Source: Raillietiella orientalis (Eukaryota). From it: a DNA stretch of 64,000 bases. Shown here piece by piece: positions 12,978 through 34,670 of the stretch. Under the pieces are notes generated by a model. It had not been told where the DNA came from. It saw only the letters and a program-made list of their open reading frames with translations, and did not search any database. Within the stretch, counting starts at the first letter, position 1. The number at the start of each line of letters is the position of its first letter. Position numbers and translations under genes: made by a program. Location of the stretch: NCBI GenBank assembly GCA_036172245.1, contig JAYWIR010000005.1, positions 744,001 through 808,000 of the forward strand, read 5' to 3'.

Positions 12978-15900
12978 CCTCGGCGACCATCCCGGCGATG
13001 CATCTGGGGACGCGGACGAAGAGGTGGCAGATGCCGGTCAAGCAGGGCGCGGCGACGCGGTCTACGGAGAGTCCCGACTGTCCCGGACGCGCAATAAAAG
13101 TGGTGCCGTGTCTTTTGCTCTCTTCCTCCCTGGAGCGGGTGGGGAGGGAGGGAGGGAGCGAAGAAGGGTGCGCTGCCGCCCTCTCGCACCCACCACTCGC
13201 GAGGGGGCAGGAGGGGGCGAGATCTGCCGGCGCGCCGTTCGCCCGCGGCGGAGGAGAGGGCCCTGGCCAGCCTCGGAAGGAAATGCGTGGGGCAGAGCGA
13301 GAGGGCGACAGCGCTAACGCACCCCACCAAACCCGATGTCCGCCGGCCGGTGGAAGGCCGGAGGCGGGAACGCCCGGTGCTGCTCCGAAACGCGGCCTCC
13401 GCGTGGGGACCTGAAAGTCACGTGACGGACGAGCGACCCCACATCCCGTGCACTCGCTCGCCGGGTCGACTGTTCTCGCGGTTCGCCACGTCCCGCACTT
13501 CCCGTCGCTCCGTGGAGACCTCCGAGGTGGCGCCCACGGGTATGGAGTCACTTCGCTCGAAACGACCACGGTGAGGAAAGGCGACCGCCGGCGGCAACAG
13601 CAGCAGCATCGCATCGCGGGACGGGATGTCCCGTAGTAACGTTTCCCGAGAGGCCCCTGAAGGCGCCTTCCTTACCCCGGGGATGGGTCTTCGAAGGCTG
13701 CCAGGTGCTGTGAGACGAAAGCGAAGGGAAACCCCCCCGACCCGACCCGCTTTTGTGCGCTGCCCTCTGGCCGGCACTGCCGCAGGTGCGCCGCCGCCGC
13801 TGACAGGGAGGAAGCGAAGTGGGCGGTGCGCGCGCCTTCATCCCGGAGGCTGATACGGATTCTCAACCCGCGGGTTCGTGGGTGGCAGAAACATGTTGCA
13901 GACGCGACGTTAGGGGAACCTCGGGAAATTGCCATTGTCTGCGTGGGATGCTTTCCCAGGGCAACGTAGCTTCCGATCCGCGGCGAACTGATGAGAGCGC
14001 AATAAAATCGCACGCGGTTCGGGAAGGCGTAAGCAGGCAGCGAGGCGTTTCGGCGAACCCTGGGGGCAGGAAAAAAAAATTGGGTCCCGGCGGCATAAAA
14101 GTTGCTTTCAAGCTTTGCGGCGTGTTAATTATTCAAATAAGTTTGCCAAACAGCCGTAGGGCGCATGGGAGCGCTGACGGACGTTCACCGCTCCGCAGCT
14201 CGCCGAGCCGGAAGCTGCATTGTTGAGAGAACATACGAGAAGAGAGAGAAAAAAAAAAAAAAAGCAAGGCATTCAAAAGTGTTGTTTGCTCCAGAGGCGA
14301 GGCAAATGCGGCATTCTGGTGAGCGATTGGAATCGGTGGGTGCACGGGGGAACCTGCGTGTGCGGTGGTCACGAACGTCTTGTTGCTCCCATCCACTTTT
14401 TTCCACCTTCCCCTTGCAATTTTTGTTGTTGTTGTTACTTTCCGAAGCGATTTTGGCGTAGAAAGCCGTCGTCATCCGAAAACGGGAACCTTCGAAACGG
14501 GAACGTCTCCTTGACCGCAGGATCGCTTTCCCCACCGGAGTGCGTCCACACGCGGGCCCGGGTCGGAGAGCTTCCGACCCCACACACCATCCTGCGTCGA
14601 GCGATCCTTCGCGACAGTTGCCGGGCGGGACCCTGCCTGCCTTCGGTGGCGGGCAGGGTCGCAGCTCAACCCCTTCGGCGGCGGTGACCCTGCAATGGGC
14701 AATACGATTCGCAGGAGCGCGCACAAAGGTTCCGGCGGGGCACATCCGTGAACCAAGGGCGCGAGCAGCCGCCCCTCTTGCAAACGATGGCCGCTTCCCT
14801 TCTTGGGCAGCGGGGCGGTAGGGGAGGAAGCATCATCGATCCTCCGGCGTAGCGGTGGGCGACCCGCTGCCGCCGCGTCAAAGCCCCTGGCCCACTGCCC
14901 GGGCAGAGCGAGCGCGTGGGCCAGGGGTGCCGTTTCGTAAGCGGAGCGAGACTCGCTAAGCCCGAGGAATAATCAAAGAACGGGATCGGGAGGTGAGATT
15001 ATCCTTTCCCAGGAGAGATTCCGAATGCCGAGCCTCATTTTTTCGGCGTGGTGCGCATCCGGGCGATTGTGCTGACCTCTTTTGTATACATGCAGGCGCG
15101 CGTTCAGTACAGGCAGTGATACCACTCGTTGTTGGAAGCTACACCTAGTCATAAAGATAATAAAGAAACGATGATAAAAATAATAAAATGATCAAAAAAT
15201 CATGCATGCACGTAAACATGTATATAAGAATATGTAATATATATGTAAAATAGACACATATGTACAGATGTATTTATGAGTGGGCTGATGTTTACGTTTG
15301 CGACGACCATTTGTTTCGTTTGTTTCAATTATCGCAGGTGACTTCGTCCAAAAGAAGACAAGAAGCATCCTGGAAGTGAGCGACCTGCCATTTACGAGTC
15401 GACACAGCAAGCCTTCCTCTCTCCCTCATGTTCATCCTGCCCGCTGGTGCATCGGCTTGGAAGGGATTCGGATGCAAAGGACCTTCCGTTCTAATTATTC
15501 GCTGTGGATCTGAATGCTTCTCAATTTCGCATCGGCGCCTATCCTGTTGGAGCAGCAAGGACGCTTAGCGCCACCTTGGAAGAGCTGTTAGAAGTATTTC
15601 ATTTTTACACTGCGACTGGGAAGCTTGGATGATTATTGATCGAGGCAAAAAGAGGTTGCCCGACGCTGCGGCAGCGAGATGGATTTCCATGTCTTGCTTT
15701 CTGCGGTCATACCCTGGATGCGGTCTGTCCTTTCGCTTCCCTCAGTGAATGGCAACGGTCGGTACAGGAGTAATTGAGAGCTGAGCAGATTCTCGTGGCG
15801 GTTCAGAGGCTGACTGCAGCCTTTCGGTCACCCAGCGTCGTCTGCCCAGCCGCCGGTGCTTCCTCCTCGTCGAAAGCGCTCGGTCAGAGCAGAAGGGAAG

Positions 15901-16959
15901 GTTCTGTAGCGGCGCCTTAGCGAGGTTCTGTTGGGCGACTCCGTGTCTCTCCCGGTTCAGCACGCCCCCCGGTCCGGTGACTCGCACGAAAGGGGCAGCA
16001 CGCGGAGGTTCCAAAGTAGACGAGAGAAAGCAAAGAATTCTGGAGGAGAAAGAAAGGGAAAACGCCGGCGGAAAGAGGAGACAAAGCTCTGAGCACAGAA
16101 TGGCGCCTGAGGTGGAACAACACCCAGACCTACCGTCGATCTACTGAATCCACCCGCTTTGGTCAGCGGAATTTGTGGTGGTGATGATTGCTGCTGCCTC
16201 GTCATCACCACTGGGCGCTGCGAATCTTCGGCCTTCTCAGTCGAGGGCTCCTACCTCGTGTCGAGGCTCGAGACTGTAGGAGATTCGGAAGAACTTCCGG
16301 TCTCCGGGTGCTCGTGGGGAAAAGGCGGATGCCAGAAGGGCAGCCAATGAGAGGAGCAGACATGCGTTACTCCGATCGGGATGATTGCTACAGGAAGGAT
16401 GATGACTGGGATCTGGGAGAAGTTAACTGAGCAAGCAGAAATGAGAACGAATGCCTTGTGGCACTTGGATGAGGGGATACTTGGAGGAGAGGAGAGGCGT
16501 TTCTCGGAGTCAAGTGCCTGCCTCTAGCGGGAGGGCGCGCGGGAGCTCGCACCGCCCCACGCGAGCCCGCGGCCGAACCGAACAGGTTCCTAAGAGCGTG
16601 CGCACAAAGGCGAGAAGAGGGACGGTGGGAGTCTCCTGGCATCCTGCCCTCGAGGGCGCAGTTCCCGCGTCGCTTCGACTTGCTCCGGCAGCGCCGGCCC
16701 GGATCCCGACGGCGCATCAGGGGGTCTGGCGAGCCAGCGCCTGACCTTGTGCGACCTTGACGTCCTTAACGGAGGCGAGAGATCCGGGAAAGCTGGGAAT
16801 CTTTCGGTGGGGTTTCCGGCGCTCGTGCATCCCGTGCGTCTGAAGGGACGGACGCGCAATTTTTCCTCGTCCCTCCCCTTTCTTCATCCCGTTTTTGCTT
16901 TTTCATAGTTTTTTTTTCCTTTTCCCTTTTCACGCTTTCGTTCTCGTACACACACAGAG

Positions 16960-17750
16960 CAAGTTGCGATGTTGTCGCGCACGCGCGATCTGTCCCTACC
17001 CGCTCCGGCCACGCCTTCTACGCTTTCCTCTTCTGCTTCGCTGGCAACGACCTGGCGAGGACTTTTCCCCAGCAACGTGCTGGTTCGATGGGGCGGATCT
17101 GGGAGCCATCGGGATCTTCGAAGGGATATCGCCGTAGGGTCTCCGGAGAGGAACTCGCGCTGCCGCACGTCGGGTAGAACAGTTTCCAATGGCTGCGGTG
17201 GCCTCCAGAAGGCCCACCTTACTCTGGGATGCGGACCGACCAAAGTCCGTTCCAAGCGTTTCGGCACTCTAAAAAGTGGCAGGCGCGCGTTAGTCGTCAC
17301 CCGCCGCCGTCCGTTCCTTCCGCGTCGCACGGGCGGAGGCAGCACGGAGTGCTACGCTCCAGGACGTATGCGAACCGCCGCGAGGGATTCTCGGAGAGCG
17401 GCTTGCTGACGCATTCCCGAGCCAGGAATCGGCGGGATCCACCTTGGGGCGAACGAGGACCGGGAACCCGGATCCTCTGGACGGACGCCCTTGGACTCGA
17501 ACGATCTGCTGCTGCTTCCGGCGAGTGCTTGGCTTTGGTCGAGGTGGCGCGATGGGGCTGGCGTTGTTCTCTTGCGCTCGGAAAAATCTAACCAGTGGCT
17601 TAGGGTGTTCTTCCTGCTGCGTGGCTGCTCCGCCGCAACTGTTTGGAGGAGGGTACGAAAGAGACTCACTCTTTCGTACCCTCCTTCCCCAAAATGAATA
17701 AAGTAAATAAAGAAAAGACAAGGTATAATTTTAAAAAAGATTAAAAATAA
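16960..17750 (+). mobile_element. Family B non-LTR retrotransposon 3' end (plus strand) with A-rich tail
   Basis: 17571-17700 is a close inverted copy of 18295-18423; A-rich tail at 17691-17750; upstream ILWTDALG..CLALVEVARWGW resembles an L1/Tx1 ORF2 C-terminus. The 5' limit is uncertain. Confidence 0.5.
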
Positions 17751-18259
17751 ATGGGAGACAAAAAGCGATTCCCGGAAATCGTTTGGAGACGGCGCAAGAA
17801 CGCAAGGCCGCTCAGAGCATACCGGAATCAATCCCCCGGGACGAGATCTGAAGAGCGCCTCCATTGCTGGCAATGGCAACGGGGACAGACGCGTTGCGGC
17901 GATACAACTGCGGAAGAATCGAGAAGGAACAAGCAGAGCAATGGAACGAGGACAGCCGAGCAGAAATAAATTCGGAAATGCAGGCAAGGACTCATGCCGT
18001 TGCCTTGGTAACGGGCCGTCAACGGCAAGCTCCGCCAGTAGTGCCAATCGCATATTTTATTTTTATTTTTTTCATTTTCATTCTCTCACCATTCGTTCAC
18101 TCGAGATTATTTTTTATGCAGCCACTTTTATTTTGCTAAAATGGTTGCAACAAGAGTGGCAGGCGAGAAGAGAGACGACGATTCCGGCCACCGCGACTTT
18201 GAAGTTGTGAGAATGTTGCCGAAGAATTACAAATGCTCGTTCTTAGTACTGTGGCCCAT

Positions 18260-21050
18260 TCTTTTATTTATTGATTTTATTCAATTTTATTTCATTTATT
18301 TATTTTGGGGAAGGGAGGAGAACCGAGTCTCTTTCGTATTCTCCTTCAAGCAGTTGCGGCGGAGCAGCCACGCAGCAGGAAGAACACCCTGAGCCGCTGG
18401 TCAGATTTTTCCGAGCGCAAGATTTTTCTGCCGCGGCGCTCCTTTGGACTCTCAGTGGGATGCAGCTGAAACGGAGAGGCCCTGGCACGATACCCCCTTG
18501 ACGTGAAACACCCTCTGCTTTCGATCGCGCCAGCACGATCCCCTATGAATCAAATGGAAGGAAGGCGTGTGGGAAGCAACGGAAATGCCAGCCCCTCCAC
18601 GATGGATGTGCTCCATCCTTTCGGGGTTCGGACGAAGAAGACGGACTTCCTGTTGAACGGCATCCTCAACGAGCGTCGTGAAGTGATCACGCCGCAAGCT
18701 AGGCTCACCTTAGATTCCCCGATGCCGGCGCGATCCAGGATTGTCCGCGCTGGCCGCTATGGAGGCAAAATACATGCCCTGCAAAAATGTCCCCGAAGGT
18801 TTCCTTGTTTTTTTCTTTCTTCTCCTTCCACCACTGATGGAATGATCTCACTCAAAGGAAATGGAAAAGTCAAGGGGCTGGAAGGAGCTGGAGAGTTTCG
18901 CGCGTCCTCGGTACCGACGGATCCAGGAGGGAGGAGTGTACTCCTGGAAAACGCGGCGCCCTGCGTGCGGAGGCCGATCTGCTTGCACCTCCTGCATCTG
19001 GCCCTGGAGGAATTTCGCATTTCCCCTCCTACCCTGGCAGTGTTCCGTTGAAGCTCGCTGCTGCCCCTGGAGTTGCTCGAGGCAGCGGTCAGCTCCCCGA
19101 CCTAACAGGTCATCCTGAGTCGATCTTTACGGACCGGGCTTCTCACCTGATTCTGCCCAGTCTTGGTGCTACTCAACTGCTCTGCAAGAGCTGCACATCT
19201 CTTTGGGAGGAACCCTCTGTATTTTGCTTGGAGGCTCAGAAAGAGGAAACTTGGAAAAGACGTGCATGGTGCTGCTGCTTACCATCTCGTATTCCTCCTA
19301 CTTCTCCTTTTTTTTAATTGATTATTCTTAAGACCCATCAGCATTATGCATTGCTGACTATTATAGCTGTTGGGATGTCAGCTGACCATCTATTTGCCAC
19401 AGGATGCCTTGCGGTGATGTGAAGATCTGAAATATAAAGTCACCATGAGTGAATCCAGATGAACTGCACGTCGGCCAGCTTGATTGCTCACCATCCTGCA
19501 CCCGTTTCCTGGACCATTACATGCATAGGGGTGGCCTTTGACTGGAAGGATGGCTCGAATGGCTCTTCCCACCAGGTTTTTTTGGTGACCATCTTGCGCA
19601 TTCCAAGAGTATCTTCGTTCCAGAGCACCGCTGGCGTTCCAAGGCGTTTGACGTTATCTGGTAATTACAGCCACTATGAGGACTCCCAGAAACCTAATCC
19701 TGCAGCATCTCCTGATGAGAGCACAGGAATGTCCGTCTGGAGACATGCGTTCGTTTGCCCATTCGTTTTCTCCCTCTCATCTCCGAGGGTTCTCATGGTT
19801 TTGCGATGATTCGCATTGGATTTCCACACTAAATGTGACTGTAGTAAACCGACAACTCGTTTGTGAAGATTTCATGATGCAAGTAAATTATCGCGAAGGG
19901 TTGCCAACTCAAAACCTGGAGTCCAGTGATTTGGTTGCCATTGCTAACTCAAATCTCTGGACACACAAAGTTTCATACTTTCGGAAGAGCATCCAAAGTT
20001 TTCGTTTGTATTTTCCACAGTGCAGTTCCGTATCAGCTGGATGACATCGCTTCTTTCAACTAGTGTTTTCATTGACAAAAAGAAAAAGAGCGAAAGACCT
20101 GAAATGAGACTAATTACGATACAGAATACGCCTCGTGTTTCAAACGAATGACCTGTAAATCCCTTCAGCTCCACTTTTTTGATTTATATTTTTTTTTTAA
20201 AAAACAAAACGAAAAATTCCCAAAGAACGCAGATAGGCAAACAAATAAAAGCGACCAACTTCCCTATCTGAGCTCCTGGAAAGTCACCTGAGTCCAAGTC
20301 CATCTCTGAGCTGCAAGAACATCTCTGAACTGAAGGGGTTGCAACAAATCTACCCGTTTCAAGAACATGATAAAATCTGTCACCATTTTCAACCAAAGTA
20401 TCTCAGAGAAACATTCCACATTGAACATAAGTATAGACCGTATACACATGAATATGTAAGAGATGCTCACTTTAGATATTTACAAAGGCGTTTTCAAGCA
20501 TTCCCCAACAGTCCAATAGTAGTAGCAGTAAGTTGTAATCGAGATGGCGACTTCGAGACTGAAATTCAGTAGCCTAATGGATTTCTCCCCCTCCCCCCAC
20601 AGTTATTCCTCAGCATAATTATTTGTTTCATATACAATCCGCAGGTCTTCTTTACATTGTGTAAACTTTTGCACAACGTAAAAGAAATTTGTAATTCATG
20701 AAGATCGTTCGGAAGCGAAGGAGGATGACTCATACTTTTTGCTTGACAGCCACTTCAACCTGGTCGGACGCTAGGAAACGGACCTGGAGCCGTGTGTGCT
20801 CTGGAGATTAAAATCCCATTGTGCGGAGGCGAGGCGGCTGCAGGCGACGACCCCATCTTCACCCTTACGGATCCCCGTATCCAGCTTATGCCAAAAATTC
20901 GGAGGTAAAATTACATCTGCAGGAGGGCGCGAGCTGAGGGAAGTCAGCCACCAACCTGTGCGCCATGAGGGAGAGAGGAAAGCACCATCATCCACGCATT
21001 CCCTGATTATTAAATCACTCGCATCGTTCCAGAAGCATCATTCCAGTCAG
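18260..21050 (-). mobile_element. Family B decayed L1/Tx1-like ORF2 (RT to 3' end)
   Basis: Ordered minus-strand remnants: KLDTGIRKG (cf. GIRQG), VKKTCGLYM (cf. SGL.IN), CKYL, PAVLWNEDTL..KKTWWGRAIRAI (cf. PLW.N..W..GI..I), PERMEHI (zinc-finger remnant), then the 3' end shared with the 17.6 kb copy and a tail that reads T-rich on the plus strand. Confidence 0.5.
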
Positions 21051-21717
21051 AGGGAGGGAGTGTCTTTGAGAAATCAGGGCTGCCTTCTTCCCTAGTGGCA
21101 ATACTGCCGTCGGAGAAGATCGCGTGCGTTGTGGAGTGTGTTGTGAGGAGGAAGAAGCCCCCGTACCACACACTTCTTCCAGGAGCGCTGCCGCCGCCCG
21201 CCCGGATTCTGCTCGTCTGGCATGGCATCCGTTCCTCCTCGTTCAGCGGGAAAAGTATCAGAAAAAGCCGGAGCGAAACGTTTGGAGACCAGGAAGGAAG
21301 AGGAAAATAAAATGGAAAATTCTTTTTTTTTTTGAGCCGAGCGTTTTGAGAGGCCGAGGCTAGGCGGCGTCTGGATTTCAGCACCACCACCATCACCTTC
21401 TGCGAACCAAAGGGGAAGAAATGGGGGGGAATAAAAATAAAAAAAAATACCACACTGTTGCCAAAAACATGGAAATCATTTTCTTTTCTTTTTTTTAAGA
21501 AAAAAAGAGAGGGAGAGAGAGAGGGAGGGAGAAATTGCTTAGCTGAAGAAATTTATTTTTCTTCGAATTTCTCGCAAGTTTTTGTTGTTTGCATTGGATA
21601 TGAATGTAGTCGAATCTGAAATGCGGCAGAACTTTCCGTAAATCCGCCAAAACGGAAACCTCGAAATTCCTGTGGACGCACTTTTTAATTCCCGGCTGCC
21701 GTTATTTCGGGGATGGA

Positions 21718-21849
21718 CGAGGGGGGGAGAGAGAGGGAGAGAGAGAGACAGAGAGAGAGAGAGGGAGGGAGGGAGGAAAGAGAAGAAGAAAAAAAGAGGG
21801 GGGGGGGGGAGAAAAAAAAGAAAAGGAAAAAAAAAGAAAGTAAAAAAGC
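21718..21849 (+). repeat. Long polypurine (GA/G/A) tract upstream of CNNM
   Basis: About 130 nt almost entirely A/G, including (GA)n and long G and A runs. Similar tracts near 21498-21533 and 34653-34730. Confidence 0.85.
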
Positions 21850-22015
21850 GAGCAGTCAGAGCATTCTATCGACACTTCTACGATTTCTCCCGACCTGTAA
21901 ACATTGATGTTTTCCGTTTTAAAATACCTTGGAGCAATATCTAAATGCGCACTCGTTTTGTCAATATGGTGCTGGAGCCAAATGATTAGTACTGAGCATG
22001 TGAGGGGACGTGGAC

Positions 22016-33064
<11,049 letters not shown>

Positions 33065-33607
33065 AGACGGGAGACGGAGGGAGGCGCAGTCCCCCTGCCG
33101 TGAGGGTGGGTGGAGGAGCTCTTCCTTTCTCGCGGCGAATTCGCAGGCGGTTTGCGTCATCGCCGGTTCATTTTACGGAAGTGTCCGGCTGCTTATGCAT
33201 GCGCGGTTTCCAAACACCCGCCTTTCGCTGCCACCGTCCTGAGGACTGGCTGCTCTCGGAGGCGAGCCGGAAGTCCAGATTTTGTCTCAACTCTTTCATT
33301 AATATTGTATTTAGCCCCATGCCACCAAGCGCATCAATTAAGACACTAGCGTTATAATAATCTTATAATAAGGACTTATCTATGCGAAATCCAAGTATTG
33401 CCGGAAGCTCGGGACGTTTCACCTGCCCCGGGAATATCGGCAGACCTGGAGGCTGTCGATCGTGCCGGCCTCTCCGCAGGAAAACTCGCGCACTCACAAG
33501 TTGCCCTTCTTCCGTATGAGGGGACGAACGCGTGCTTCTGCCTTTCGTGCATTCTGTAGGCCGTTCCCTCCGACGTGCGCCCGCGACCCCTGGGGACGGC
33601 GCGCTCC

Positions 33608-34290
33608 TTTGTCACCCGGGTGCGCCGGGGCGTTTATTCTCTCGAACAAACTTTTACAAGATCTGTGGCTGGACCCATGGTCCAGCCACGCACTAGATGT
33701 TGGAAGCCTGCCGGATCACCGGTGCGCAGACCGGTGCGGTTTACCTCGGCAGCAGAGGGGAAGGGGCAAAAACAAAAAATAAATAAAAAAAACTGGGGAG
33801 GGCGCGGGAAGGAATCACAGTCTGCTGTTTTGGGGTCCATCACATCTTTTGGAGGATGCCGGCAAGCTGTAGCTGGATATTGGATTCCAGACAGGACCAT
33901 CACGTCGCTGTCCTCAAGAAGCGGACGGCGTATTCTCTGGCATCCCTATCCCTGGGTCCTCCCATCGCGTTGCTCCATGCGGCGACGATCCCGCGTAGGC
34001 AGCACTGGGTTGCTAGCGAGGCCGCTGGCGGCAGAGCGTCTCGAACGAAGAGGGGTCGAATAGCGTCTGTGGGGTTGCCTCCGGGGTCTTCCAGGGCTGC
34101 GGCAAAGCGTTCCCACAGGGGCTGGAGGGCAACACGATCGACTAATAGGTGAGGGAGGGATTCCCTTTCCCCGCACCTAACACAATTCAAGTCGACACTC
34201 CCCCGCGTCCAGTGGTGACGGCGGACATTGCATGGGACACCCCAATGCAGCACCAAAAGCGCCGACTTACGGCGCGCTCCCGGACTATCC
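33608..34290 (-). mobile_element. Family A non-LTR retrotransposon, 5'-truncated, best-preserved copy (zf-RVT-like region plus 3' UTR)
   Basis: ORF 33900-34256 reads LHWGVPCNVRRHHWTRGSVDLNCVRCGERESLPHLLVD.VALQPLW, a CxxC..H zinc finger typical of the L1/Tx1 ORF2 C-terminus. Perfect 11-bp hairpin 33665-33689; AATAAA (minus strand) 33633-33638. Confidence 0.85.
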
Positions 34291-34639
34291 TGGACTTATC
34301 CCGCTGTCGTCGTCACATGGTGCTTGCGCTAAACTCGAGTGTGAACTTCCCTCCTTCACCTCTTCCTGGGAGGATCGCGAGCTTGACGCAAGTCTTCCCT
34401 CCAGGAAATGCAACATTTCTCTCAGAGCGCCCGACGTCTCTTTTCCACCGCTCTTTGGTGAGATTCCGTGTCCTTCGCTCCCGCTCCCGGTTACGCGCGT
34501 TTCGGACCGCTGTGGCATTCTTTCCAACCGGTAGTGCGCAACTTTGAATTTCTGGAGGCACTTCATGCCAGTTTCTTCCGTTTTGTGGTTTCTCTTCTTT
34601 CGCGGTCGCAGTTCTGAAACGTTATCCGGCGCAAAAAAA

Positions 34640-34670
<31 letters not shown>

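Noticed and set aside
13988..14010. CTGATGAG as a hammerhead core or SECIS element
   Set aside because: No stem II-GAAA arrangement, the ATGA sits in a terminal loop rather than a GA quartet, and no in-frame TGA selenoprotein is nearby.
19360..20500. Possible spliced host gene on the minus strand (GTGAG..TTTCAG junction near 19430-19490)
   Set aside because: The assembled peptide matched no family I recognise and needed a 36-nt intron; ordered L1/Tx1 ORF2 remnants explain the region better.
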